The position numbers were made by a program, and so were the translations under genes. 32,000 nt of DNA from an uncultured Methanosarcinales archaeon (GTDB lineage: Archaea > Nanobdellota > Nanobdellia > Woesearchaeales > GW2011-AR4): assembly GCA_964466175.1 (NCBI GenBank), contig CAYXMT010000004.1, positions 1 to 32,000 of the forward strand, in the 5' to 3' direction. Position 1 is the stretch's first letter. Each line of letters opens with the position of its first letter. Of the stretch, positions 1 to 8,738 are shown one piece after another. The notes under the pieces are model-generated. The model saw only the letters and a list, made by a program, of their open reading frames with translations, made no database searches and was not told the origin of the DNA.

Positions 1-916
1 CTTTTAGCTTATTTTTTATTTTTTCGACAAAAATCTTTTTTTGTTTCTGATTTATGTCATGTGTTGCTTTCAATAATTTGAAATCATAGCCATACTGTTC
101 AGATATTTTTATGAATGCCTGCACGTCTTTTGGAAAGCAAAAGCCTCCATAGCCGATGCCTGCGTTTAGAAAAGACTTTACTATTCTTTTATCATAGCCC
201 ATGCCTTCTGCTACCTTCTCGACATCAGCTCCTGAAAGTTCGCATATGTTTGCTATCGCATTGATAAAAGATATTTTTGTAGCCAAAAAAGCATTAGAAG
301 CGTGTTTTATCATTTCTGCGCTCCTTATATCAGTCACAAGCATAGTCCCTTTTATAGTCGCATATAATCTCCTCATTATGTCTTCTGCTTTTTTGCTGTC
401 TGTTCCAATAACAATCCGGTCAGGCTCCATTGTATCTTCTATTGCAGTCCCTTCCCTTAAGAATTCCGGATTGCTAACAACATCAAAATCGACATTGGTT
501 TTTACATTCTCTTCTATTATTTTTTTTACCTTTTCACCAGTCTCAACAGGAACAGTGCTCTTATGTACAATGACTTTGTATGAGCTTATATTTTCTGCAA
601 TATCTTTAGCTACTGCTTCAACATATTTAAGTTCTGTTTCGCCGGTAACTTTTGGAGGAGTTCCAACGCAGATAAAAATAATTTCCCCATGGTCTATAAC
701 TTCCTTATTGTCATGCGTAAATCTTAATCTTTTCTCCTTAACATTCCTAACTACTAATTCTTTCAGGCCAGGCTCGAAAATAGGCATTACTCCTTTGTTT
801 AAGCCGTCTATCTTTTCTTTGTCAATATCTGCAGCTAAGACATCATTTCCCAGTTCTGCAAATACTGTTGCTGTAGACAATCCTACATAACCTGTACCAA
901 TTACTGATATTTTCAT
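1..916 (-). CDS. ugd: UDP-glucose/GDP-mannose 6-dehydrogenase family protein, partial (C-terminus runs off the window start)
   Basis: Own minus-strand translation from the ATG at 916-914: MKISVIGTGYVGLSTATVFAELGNDV (Rossmann GxGxxG), ICVGTPP, SNPEFLREG, GIGYGGFCFPKDV (catalytic Cys motif). Open to position 1. Absent from the ORF track because no stop lies in the window. The listed 201..890 + ORF is its antisense shadow. Confidence 0.88.
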   Translation of the reverse strand, partial: MKISVIGTGYVGLSTATVFAELGNDVLAADIDKEKIDGLNKGVMPIFEPGLKELVVRNVKEKRLRFTHDNKEVIDHGEIIFICVGTPPKVTGETELKYVEAVAKDIAENISSYKVIVHKSTVPVETGEKVKKIIEENVKTNVDFDVVSNPEFLREGTAIEDTMEPDRIVIGTDSKKAEDIMRRLYATIKGTMLVTDIRSAEMIKHASNAFLATKISFINAIANICELSGADVEKVAEGMGYDKRIVKSFLNAGIGYGGFCFPKDVQAFIKISEQYGYDFKLLKATHDINQKQKKIFVEKIKNKLK

Positions 917-977
917 ATTAGCTTTGGAATAGAAATCCATTTAAAAAGCTTACCCTAATTAAAAATCAAATTTAGAT

Positions 978-983
978 AAAAAA
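978..983 (-). terminator. Oligo-T tract directly after the 5S rRNA 3' end
   Basis: A6 on the + strand (T6 on the - strand) directly abuts the end of the 5S helix I. Archaeal RNA polymerase terminates at T-runs. Confidence 0.5.
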
Positions 984-1099
984 GGTGGACAGCTTTTCTG
1001 ATTTCCCGTGCGAAAGCACAGTACAGTCAGAAACGGAGGCTTTCTTAACTTCGGAGTTCGGAATGGGATCCGGTGAACCAAGCCCCTATGGCCGTCCAG
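984..1099 (-). rRNA. rrf: 5S ribosomal RNA, stand-alone
   Basis: The reverse complement reads GGACGGCCATAGGGGCTTGGTTCACCGGATCCCATTCCGAACTCCGAAGTTAAGAAAGCC...GTACTGTGC...GGGAAATCAGAAAAGCTGTCC. It contains the conserved CCCATxCCGAAC / GAAGTTAAG core. The terminal helix GGACGGC/GCTGTCC pairs, with one G-U. Confidence 0.92.
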
Positions 1100-1117
1100 T
1101 AAGAAGTGATATATGTC

Positions 1118-1130
1118 AATTTAAAAAGGT
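1118..1130 (-). promoter_or_regulatory. Putative TATA box for the 5S rRNA
   Basis: Minus strand reads CCTTTTTAAATT. It lies about 22-30 nt upstream of the 5S 5' end, the usual archaeal TATA spacing. Confidence 0.5.
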
Positions 1131-1138
1131 TACTGATT

Positions 1139-2254
1139 TTAATCAATCTGAATAGTTATTCTCTTCTCCTTAACATCAACATCTTTAACAACCTTATGAC
1201 CTTTTAATTTGTCTTTAATCTCTTTCCATGAATACTTTTCACTGGCCTTATTCATCTCATCAAGAATCCCTTTAATCATTTGGTAATTATTGTAGATTAA
1301 CTCTGCTTTTTCTCTGTTTTCTATTTCCCCTTTTTCCATGCCCTTCATAGTTTCTTTTTGCTCTTCTATAATCCTTTTAATCTCGTCAATTTTCTTTGTA
1401 TTGGCAGAATCGTCTTTCTTCGCTATTTTCAGTTCTTTTGTGAAATATTCATCCAAAGCCTCGCTAAAACCAGAGAATTTCTTCTTTTCATAATCTTTGT
1501 AAAGTTCCAAAGCAACAGGAACAATGCCCTTCACATCTTTATCCTTATAAATTATTTGAGCATTTTTTTTACTTTTAATTATTTTTTTTATTGAGTTTAA
1601 TATTTTTGTAGATTCATTGATTTTTTTTGGTATTGTATTTTTATCGACATCGCTCAACAAACAAACTTCTTCAGAATAAACGCCTCCTAGCCCAAGCTCA
1701 ACTGCCAGGGCAGTTACAACTTTATCTTTCTCTGATTTTTTCAATAAATCAGCAATATCCTTTTTATCCAGCTTAAAAACATTATATTCCATATTAGGAT
1801 ATTTGTATTTTTCTTTTGGAACTATTGCTCTGTCTCTGAATTTGTGCTTAATCGCACAATTAATTATAACATCATCATTATTGCATAAAATAACGTTTCC
1901 TTTGCCGAAAAATTCAAGATAGAGATATTTTACCTCATCTTTTGACTTAAAGACTAATTTTAAAATACGTTCAGGTTCAAGCTGAACAATTGAATCAAGA
2001 AATTTCCCCTCAAGATGCTTCCTAAGAAAAGTGCAAAACCCAGAAGGTGTTTCGTCAATGTTTTTTGCCTTAGCAAGAAAAATAGATTTGCCAACAATAA
2101 TTCTTAATATCTTCTTTCCAACATTGCTCTTATAAAATTGGACATAAATTTCTTCTTTGCCTTTATTGTAGACTTTATCTACTTTAGATTTCTCTAATTC
2201 CTTTAGTTCTTTGAGTAAAAAGTGCAGGTCCAAAGACGATAGTTGCATTGCCAT
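1139..2254 (-). CDS. NFACT-N domain protein (Rqc2/NEMF/FbpA-like ribosome quality control homolog), short form
   Basis: The 371-aa ORF has an N-terminal region typical of NFACT-N (LSSLDLHFLLKELKEL...ILRIIVGKSIFLA...ETPSGFCTFLRKHLEG...FFGKGNVIL). This is followed by ALAVELGLGGVYSEEV (HhH-like) and a K/E-rich coiled coil. No NFACT-R/DUF814 part is present. Confidence 0.7.
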   Translation of the reverse strand: MAMQLSSLDLHFLLKELKELEKSKVDKVYNKGKEEIYVQFYKSNVGKKILRIIVGKSIFLAKAKNIDETPSGFCTFLRKHLEGKFLDSIVQLEPERILKLVFKSKDEVKYLYLEFFGKGNVILCNNDDVIINCAIKHKFRDRAIVPKEKYKYPNMEYNVFKLDKKDIADLLKKSEKDKVVTALAVELGLGGVYSEEVCLLSDVDKNTIPKKINESTKILNSIKKIIKSKKNAQIIYKDKDVKGIVPVALELYKDYEKKKFSGFSEALDEYFTKELKIAKKDDSANTKKIDEIKRIIEEQKETMKGMEKGEIENREKAELIYNNYQMIKGILDEMNKASEKYSWKEIKDKLKGHKVVKDVDVKEKRITIQID

Positions 2255-2317
2255 ATATTAAAAAAAGGAATAAGAATATATAAAGTTATAGCAAACAAAC
2301 GATTGCATTTAAAAGAA

Positions 2318-3793
2318 TTATCCTAAAAATCCCCTGATAAACCCAGCTCGGGTAATATTTTCTGTAAGGAGCTTATAATCTCTGGATTTGAAATTTTCAA
2401 GTATTATAGAAGTGACCTTCTTGTGATTTTCATCAACATCATAGTTTATTATTTTAGCTATATCTTCAATCTTGCTGGAAATCTCATGAGGAAATACACT
2501 AAGGTTATCCTTATTAAAAAACCTTAAGGAATCCCTAAGGTCCTCATCAAAACTAGGGTATATACTCCGGACATAATCTATATCGCTTTCGTCCAAAGCA
2601 TTCAAGCCTAAAATCTCCGGTGGAAGTCCGTAAGAATAAAGGGATGCGCAAAAGGTAATGGCCCTAGGCAATTTTAATCCGGAAACCTCTCTGGAATATC
2701 CAAACAGTCCAATATGAAGTTTTCTTTTCCTCCTTGACGGAATATATGGAGACATGTCATTAATCAGTTTGCCAAGCAGATTAATTTGTTTTTGGTATTC
2801 ATTAGTTAGTTTTTCAATAATTAAAATGCATTTTTCTTCATCTACGATTGTAGGGTTTCCCGGCTTTGAATCATTCAAAAAGTTTACAGCCTTTGTAACA
2901 TCCTTAATATCATAATCGTATTTAAATGCCGACTGCAGGGTAAAAGTATGGACACTTGGAAATCCCCCCACACAATTATTAACGTTTGTGGGTTTAAAAT
3001 TTCCCCTAAAAGGTGCAGAACCGCAGCCAAGTATTGGCAATATATCAACAGACGATTTTTCCTGCAGTTTCCTTAATCTTTGTAGTGAAACCTTAAGTAA
3101 AAGTACTGTTGCTAAGCTTCCATAATTCAATGCAGGGTCAGATCTTGCAAGCCACACTCTTTGGTAATCCTCGACCTTTTCCTGCTGCAAAAATTCTCCG
3201 GTTATTTTATCTGCATCCAGTATAGAATCCCTATCTTCAAGTAATGGGATGACTCTTACTGTCTTTGGATGGAATTCACCAATCCAGTCTGCAATTGTAG
3301 TGCTATTATCTAAATTCTGGTGCTGTTTGCCAATAACATGTTTTTTGTAATATTCCGCTATTTGTATTATCTCCTTGCTGTTTGTAGTCATCGGCAAGGC
3401 GACTTCAAAAATAGGGGATATATCCTCACCATAAAACAGCTTTGCAGTATCAAAATTCCGAGGTATGCTCTCCAGAGCCTCTAGTAATATCTTAGCCTCG
3501 CTTTTTTCAACAGAGGGGTTAGGCACTCTTAAGGTAAGAAAAATATCCTTGCCCAACTTATTCTTGTTAAAATAAGGTCCGTATTTGCTTAATAGCTTCT
3601 TAACAACATAGGCATCTACCTCCTTCCCTTCACAATCCCACAATTGTTCAAGGCAGTTCATATGAGAATAAGCATAGAATGCCTCTTTGATTTCATCATC
3701 TCCCCCAAGTTCAGTATTATCCGAGAAAAAAGGCACATGCACATTATCAGGATGCTGTGTAGACATAGTCCTAGAGACATTATGTTGGGTCAT
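2318..3793 (-). CDS. ppcA: Archaeal-type phosphoenolpyruvate carboxylase
   Basis: N-terminus MSTQHPDNVHVPFF...ELGGDDEIKEAFYAYSH...WDCEGKEVD matches the hallmark N-terminus of the roughly 500-aa archaeal PEPC family. The true start may be the second Met (MSTQHPDN, 3766). Confidence 0.85.
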   Translation of the reverse strand: MTQHNVSRTMSTQHPDNVHVPFFSDNTELGGDDEIKEAFYAYSHMNCLEQLWDCEGKEVDAYVVKKLLSKYGPYFNKNKLGKDIFLTLRVPNPSVEKSEAKILLEALESIPRNFDTAKLFYGEDISPIFEVALPMTTNSKEIIQIAEYYKKHVIGKQHQNLDNSTTIADWIGEFHPKTVRVIPLLEDRDSILDADKITGEFLQQEKVEDYQRVWLARSDPALNYGSLATVLLLKVSLQRLRKLQEKSSVDILPILGCGSAPFRGNFKPTNVNNCVGGFPSVHTFTLQSAFKYDYDIKDVTKAVNFLNDSKPGNPTIVDEEKCILIIEKLTNEYQKQINLLGKLINDMSPYIPSRRKRKLHIGLFGYSREVSGLKLPRAITFCASLYSYGLPPEILGLNALDESDIDYVRSIYPSFDEDLRDSLRFFNKDNLSVFPHEISSKIEDIAKIINYDVDENHKKVTSIILENFKSRDYKLLTENITRAGFIRGFLG

Positions 3794-3978
3794 AAAACCA
3801 GAAGCGAGCTCAAATTTAAATATATTATGGTAAATATGGCTGTGTCCAAATCAGGGGAAGTGGGTGGGAAGAATAATGTTAAATCTACAATCAAAATGGT
3901 GCGTGTTGTTAACCAAATGATTTGATAAAATGATATCTCGGTAGCCAATTTTGACTTAAGTCTGCTCTGGCACAGCCG

Positions 3979-5196
3979 TTAAATAGATAACAATTTAGTT
4001 GTCCATTTCTCAATCCTGTCCAGACCTTTTTCAATTTCATCCATTGATGCTGCATAGCTAAGCCTTACATGATCATCAGAGCCGAATGCGCTTCCAGGAA
4101 CAACAGCAACTAAAGCCTCATCAAGCAATTTAGAAGCAAAGTCCATTGAATTCGATCCTATCTTGCTGATATCCGGAAAAGCATAAAAAGCACCCTCGGG
4201 CTCTATACAGCTTATTCCAGAAATTTCATTCAATCTTTTATGCATAAATTTCCTTCTTTCATCAAAAGCTTTTACCATCTTCTTTACACTATCTTGTGAA
4301 CCATTTAAAGCTTCTAAAGCAGCCATCTGGGCAATATTTGATACGTTTCCTGTAGAATGGCTTTGTAGGTTTGACATCACATCTATCACTTCCTTATTTC
4401 CACCGCAATATCCCACTCTCCATCCAGTCATCGCATATGTCTTTGAGACAGAATTTACAGTTATAGTTAAATTCTTTATCTCCTCATTCAAAGATGCAAT
4501 ACTTACATATTTTTTATTTCCATAGGTAAAAAACTCATAAACCTCATCAGACAGGACATAGAAATTATTCTCAACTGCAAGCTTCGCTATCTTCTTGATT
4601 TCCTCCAAATCCACAACAGCCCCGCTGGGATTGTTTGGGCTGTTTAAAATAAGCAGTTTTGTCTTATCGCTTATATTCTTCTCAACATCTTTAGCAGTTA
4701 ACTTAAATCTGCCATTAGTTTTGCAAAAAACAGATCGTGCATCTGCTAATTTGATCATTTCTTCATAGCTTACCCAATAAGGGACTGGCAATATGCATTC
4801 GTCTCCCTTATCTAAAATTGAAAGTGCTGCATTATACAGGGCCTGTTTTCCGCCGCAGCTTATCATAACCTCAGAAGCATCATAATTAATTTTATTGTCA
4901 TTCTTAAACTTGTTAATTACCGCTTCCTTAAGTTCTTTAATGCCTCCAACCGGAGTATATCTCGTAATATTATCATCTATTGCCTTTCTCGCAGCTTCTT
5001 TAATATTTTCCGGAGTATTAAAGTCCGGCTCTCCGGCTCCAAATATTAGAATATCTTTTCCTTCTTTTTTTAGTTGTTTTGCCTTTGCATCAACTGCAAG
5101 AGTTGCACTTGGAGCAATATTTTTTACCTTACCTGATATCAACTGTACCACCAATTTTCCTGGAAATATAATTAGTACTAAAATCTTTTGTTGCAT
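3979..5196 (-). CDS. Class I pyridoxal-phosphate-dependent aminotransferase (aspartate aminotransferase-like)
   Basis: Motifs IAPSATLAVDAKA, FGAGEPDFNTP, LNSPNNPSG, SVSKTYAMTGWRVGY (PLP lysine) and RLSYA. The ATG at 5196 overlaps the upstream kinase gene by 68 nt. TTG/GTG starts at 5154/5151/5142 (..LISGKVKNIAPS) are plausible alternatives. Confidence 0.85.
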   Translation of the reverse strand: MQQKILVLIIFPGKLVVQLISGKVKNIAPSATLAVDAKAKQLKKEGKDILIFGAGEPDFNTPENIKEAARKAIDDNITRYTPVGGIKELKEAVINKFKNDNKINYDASEVMISCGGKQALYNAALSILDKGDECILPVPYWVSYEEMIKLADARSVFCKTNGRFKLTAKDVEKNISDKTKLLILNSPNNPSGAVVDLEEIKKIAKLAVENNFYVLSDEVYEFFTYGNKKYVSIASLNEEIKNLTITVNSVSKTYAMTGWRVGYCGGNKEVIDVMSNLQSHSTGNVSNIAQMAALEALNGSQDSVKKMVKAFDERRKFMHKRLNEISGISCIEPEGAFYAFPDISKIGSNSMDFASKLLDEALVAVVPGSAFGSDDHVRLSYAASMDEIEKGLDRIEKWTTKLLSI

Positions 5197-5689
5197 CTAT
5201 AACAATTATCTTATGCTTATTTTCCTTGGCTTCATTCAGGCACACATCAAATATCTCGACATCTAAATTCTCCCTGACTTTGCTTTTTGAATATTTTTTC
5301 TTCTTTAATCTTTTTTCCAGTTCTTTTAGATCACATTTAACAACTATGCACATATCAACATATTTCTTTGGAAGATGATGAGATAAGTGAGAATCAATAA
5401 TTATTCCATTCTTTATTTTCTTGTTTTTATTTTTAATTAATTTAGTTTTATTGGAACTAATCATTGAATTTTTCCCATTGCAAGTTTTTATTTCTTTGAT
5501 TAGAGCTTTATTCAATTTCTTGACATCAATAATCTTCGTCTTCCTTTTTTTATCATAACCTTCAGAAATATCATATTGCTTTACAATTTCATTTACATCA
5601 ATATAATTGAAATTTAGTTTTTTAGCTAACTTCTTTGATAGTGTTGTTTTCCCTGTTCCGGGTGTTCCAGTTACAATGATTACTTTCAT
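5129..5689 (-). CDS. Putative adenylate kinase / nucleoside-triphosphatase, AK6/Fap7-like
   Basis: MKVIIVTGTPGTGKTT (P-loop) followed by IIDSHLSHHL. Size and layout fit archaeal Fap7-type kinases. A lysine/asparagine-rich insert is present. Confidence 0.7.
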   Translation of the reverse strand: MKVIIVTGTPGTGKTTLSKKLAKKLNFNYIDVNEIVKQYDISEGYDKKRKTKIIDVKKLNKALIKEIKTCNGKNSMISSNKTKLIKNKNKKIKNGIIIDSHLSHHLPKKYVDMCIVVKCDLKELEKRLKKKKYSKSKVRENLDVEIFDVCLNEAKENKHKIIVIDATKDFSTNYISRKIGGTVDIR

Positions 5690-5782
5690 CAGGTATTGGC
5701 AAAATCTTTATTTATTAAATATTATCTATTATTGCAATAAAAACAAAAAATATTTTAAATCCGATATTCTTAATACTAATTA

Positions 5783-6187
5783 ATGCAGGAAATAATTACT
5801 ATTTCAACAGCAAAAAAGCAGGAATTAATAGATATACATAATGAAGTTGCTTCTATAGTTAAGAAATCAGAAGTAAAAGAAGGTTTGTGTAGTGTTTTTG
5901 CAATGCACGCAACCGCAGCAATAATAATAAATGAGAATGCTGACCCTAATATTTGCCTTGATTTATTGGATGCCTTAGATAAGTTAGTTGAAGAAGGTGC
6001 TTGGCGCCATGATAATATAGATGGAAATGCAGCTTCCCATATAAAAGCTACAATTTTAGGGCCTTCTGAAACAATACCTGTTAAAGACAGTAAATTGCAG
6101 CTGGGTACATGGCAAAGTCCAATGTTTGTAGAGTTAGACGGACCAAGAAGTAGCAGGGAAATTATTGTACAAGTTATAGGTGATTAA
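5783..6187 (+). CDS. yjbQ: YjbQ/UPF0047 family protein (secondary thiamine-phosphate synthase family)
   Basis: 134 aa with HATAAIIINENADPN, GNAASHIKATILGPS and LGTWQ, all characteristic UPF0047 motifs. Confidence 0.8.
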   Translation: MQEIITISTAKKQELIDIHNEVASIVKKSEVKEGLCSVFAMHATAAIIINENADPNICLDLLDALDKLVEEGAWRHDNIDGNAASHIKATILGPSETIPVKDSKLQLGTWQSPMFVELDGPRSSREIIVQVIGD

Positions 6188-6640
6188 ATGATATGTGATA
6201 TGTGTGGCTCTGAAGGGAAATTATTCAAAGCAGTAATAGAAGATGCGCAGTTGAATGTATGCCAGATATGCACCAAATTTGGAAAAGTGATTAGTGTTGT
6301 ACAGCAAGACAGGAAAATTGCTCCAAAAACTCTCAATGTAGAGGTGCAACCAGAAGTAAAAGACGTATTGGTTGAGGGCTATGCAGAAAAAATAAGAGAA
6401 AAAAGAGAAGCATTGGGATTAAAACAAAGGGATTTTGCAAAAAAAATAAATGAAAAGGAATCTCTAATGCAGAAAATAGAATCCGGTAATTTTGAGCCTT
6501 CTATAGAGTTTGCAGAACGGATTGGGAAATTCCTCAATATAAGTCTCATAGAAGAATATAAAGAAGAACATGAGCAACAGCCAAAATCAAAGACTAATTC
6601 TTTCACCATAGGTGATTTTATTAAGGTAAAGCAGAAATAA
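6188..6640 (+). CDS. mbf1: Archaeal multiprotein bridging factor 1 (zinc ribbon + HTH_3/XRE domain)
   Basis: N-terminal CDMCGS...CQIC zinc ribbon. A C-terminal cro/C1-type HTH follows (REALGLKQRDFAKKINEKESLMQKIESG). The ATG abuts the yjbQ stop with a 0-nt gap. Confidence 0.8.
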   Translation: MICDMCGSEGKLFKAVIEDAQLNVCQICTKFGKVISVVQQDRKIAPKTLNVEVQPEVKDVLVEGYAEKIREKREALGLKQRDFAKKINEKESLMQKIESGNFEPSIEFAERIGKFLNISLIEEYKEEHEQQPKSKTNSFTIGDFIKVKQK

Positions 6641-8035
6641 TTACTTTCTTACAAGAATATACTGCTCGCAATTCTTATCTTTATTGTAATATTTTGTTTC
6701 AAAGTTATTTTTTACTCTAGTCATAAAATCCTCTTTATAGGTGGAACATTCATTGCTATTAGGATCACACCAGATATTACATGTATCTAGGAGTACAACT
6801 CCTTTATTTGACAATAGACTGGCCATTTTCTCATTATCAAACGTAGGATAGTAGATAATTTCTACTTTTTTGTCAAAATAAACTGTGTATAAAGGACTTG
6901 ATGTCCATACCTTTCCAAGGTTATTAATGGCTATATAGTTTTGAAACACAAAAAAGTTATTTTCCTTTCGGATCTCTATACTTTCGTTAACAGAGATTAT
7001 GGAAAATGCATTGAAAATAAATAGCCCTGAGAAAACAGCAAATAGAGTTATCTTTAAATCCCTACTTTTAATAAGCCCGAAAAACTTTATTATTCCGTAC
7101 GCAGCAATAATATACAAAAACGGGAGGAACATAATTAAAAATCTCATTTCTTTATGTTTGATAGAGATAAAAAACATGAAGGGTATTAAAGATAAGTAAA
7201 GCAAAAGGCTTTTTTCCATGCTTAATTTTTTCTTGAATAAATAATATGCACCAGGAATAAAAAACAGATAAAGGAAATTATTTATAAAAAGCCTTAAAGG
7301 ATAAAACAATAATGACTGGTAATTAGACAATCCAGTAGTTTTTGTAAGAAATACTTGCAATAAGAAAGGATAAAAAATATTTTGGTACAATAAAAAATTT
7401 AATAGCAGATAGGGAAAGATTGGAATGATAAATCCTAAGCCAATTTTGACAAGATTTTTGGCAAGAGTTTTATTTTTTTTAGAATATAAAAACAATATAA
7501 CAATTATCACTAAAAATGGGATGAGATGTAAGAATCTAGTCATAAATCCAATTCCAAAGAATATCCCGAATAAAAAATATCTCTTTTTGATGAAAAAATA
7601 AATTGCAACCAAGATAAAAAATGTAGAGACAATTCCAGAAAGCATCAGCTTACTGAAGAAAAAGAAAGTTGAAGTAAAAGCTAGTAATAATGTTGATAAT
7701 AAGGCTATTTTTTTATCAAATATTACTTTAGCAATCAAGTATGTCATCAATAAAACTCCAACGGAAAAGATTAAAGAGATAATTTTTCCGAATAAAATAA
7801 CATCAAGATTGAGTTTCCAGAAAAACCCCAGAATTAATGGCCAGATTATGGGCCTGGATGCTTCCCACAATCCCGCATTTCCTAAAGAGAAGATATATTT
7901 CCCCATCCCCACATAAACAGCAGCATCCCACCATACATTTTTCTGAAAAAAGATAATGATAAGATTGGAAATAAAAAATAGCGCAATAATAATTAACAAT
8001 GAATATTCCGTATAATGAGATTTGTATTTGCCCAT
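6641..8035 (-). CDS. Polytopic GT-C fold glycosyltransferase (ArnT/PMT, GT39/83-like)
   Basis: 464 aa with about 10 or more hydrophobic segments. It has an early loop WWDAAVYVGMGKY (acidic first-loop motif of GT-C enzymes) and a soluble C-terminal domain with 4 Cys. The family assignment is by architecture only. Confidence 0.6.
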   Translation of the reverse strand: MGKYKSHYTEYSLLIIIALFFISNLIIIFFQKNVWWDAAVYVGMGKYIFSLGNAGLWEASRPIIWPLILGFFWKLNLDVILFGKIISLIFSVGVLLMTYLIAKVIFDKKIALLSTLLLAFTSTFFFFSKLMLSGIVSTFFILVAIYFFIKKRYFLFGIFFGIGFMTRFLHLIPFLVIIVILFLYSKKNKTLAKNLVKIGLGFIIPIFPYLLLNFLLYQNIFYPFLLQVFLTKTTGLSNYQSLLFYPLRLFINNFLYLFFIPGAYYLFKKKLSMEKSLLLYLSLIPFMFFISIKHKEMRFLIMFLPFLYIIAAYGIIKFFGLIKSRDLKITLFAVFSGLFIFNAFSIISVNESIEIRKENNFFVFQNYIAINNLGKVWTSSPLYTVYFDKKVEIIYYPTFDNEKMASLLSNKGVVLLDTCNIWCDPNSNECSTYKEDFMTRVKNNFETKYYNKDKNCEQYILVRK

Positions 8036-8036
8036 A

Positions 8037-8738
8037 TTATTTAAGATCTACACATTCATCTATTTTAGTTAAATAATGTGGGCATATAATTTTCAGAATA
8101 TCCTCTTTTTTTGTAAGGCCTTCATATTTCTCACTCTCTATGACTATAGATGGATAGTTGGATATATCATATGTGCTTTGGAGAGTGCTTATCATTGGTT
8201 CCTCATTAAGTTTAGAGTCAAATGAAAATATCAGCAATTTCTCTTTGAATCTTTTCTTAAGGTATGTAAGCACAAAAGCCTGGTTGTTGCAGTCAGGACA
8301 TTCTTTATCATCAGAGAAGAAATAAAGTATAGTGACTATATCCTCATGACATAACTCCTTTGTTTTTTTTGCTAAAAGCCAGTACTTTATTTGTGCTAAA
8401 ACATACTCTCTTTTCAGCATATCAAACTCTCCTTTGTTTATCTTAGCATCCTCATCAAAAGTTTCCAGTCTTTCTCTTGTGTTTTCCAGGCTTTCTATGT
8501 TTTTTTCAAAAGTTTTTGAGACAGCATCACAATTGTTTTCCTGGCTTAGCTGGTCTATAAATGCGTACTGCAGCTGCAGGCTACTGAAATCGAGGTTTTG
8601 TCCTTTGCTTATCTCACCTACATAGCTTAATCTCTTCCCCTCTATTACCAGGCCGAATAACACTCCCAGAAGGAATATGCCTCCGGTTATAATTGCTACA
8701 ATTATGTATTTTTCCTTGCTGATATGCCTTGTCACCAT
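8037..8738 (-). CDS. Membrane-anchored thioredoxin-fold protein with a CPDC motif
   Basis: There is an N-terminal TM segment (IIVAIITGGIFLLGVLFGLVI) and a helical middle. The C-terminal part has FFSDDKECPDCNNQ (CxxC) and YPSIVI (cis-Pro-like loop). Seven Cys in total. Confidence 0.55.
   Translation of the reverse strand: MVTRHISKEKYIIVAIITGGIFLLGVLFGLVIEGKRLSYVGEISKGQNLDFSSLQLQYAFIDQLSQENNCDAVSKTFEKNIESLENTRERLETFDEDAKINKGEFDMLKREYVLAQIKYWLLAKKTKELCHEDIVTILYFFSDDKECPDCNNQAFVLTYLKKRFKEKLLIFSFDSKLNEEPMISTLQSTYDISNYPSIVIESEKYEGLTKKEDILKIICPHYLTKIDECVDLK

Noticed and set aside
201-890. 229-aa + strand ORF from the track (S/T/F/I-rich).
   Set aside because: It lies fully antisense to a clearly recognisable UDP-glucose dehydrogenase on the minus strand. 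Its low-complexity composition is typical of a shadow ORF.
3794-3978. A 185-nt spacer between ppc and the aminotransferase. It has a locally GC-rich patch (CAGGGGAAGTGGGTGGGAAG) and 7-nt terminal complementarity (GGCTGTG at 3838 and CACAGCC at 3970), so I considered a structured ncRNA or an intron-containing tRNA.
   Set aside because: I could not fold it into a cloverleaf and found no T-loop or D-loop consensus. I saw no convincing C/D box pair. One 7-bp inverted match is expected by chance in a region this size. A covariance-model scan would be needed to revive it.
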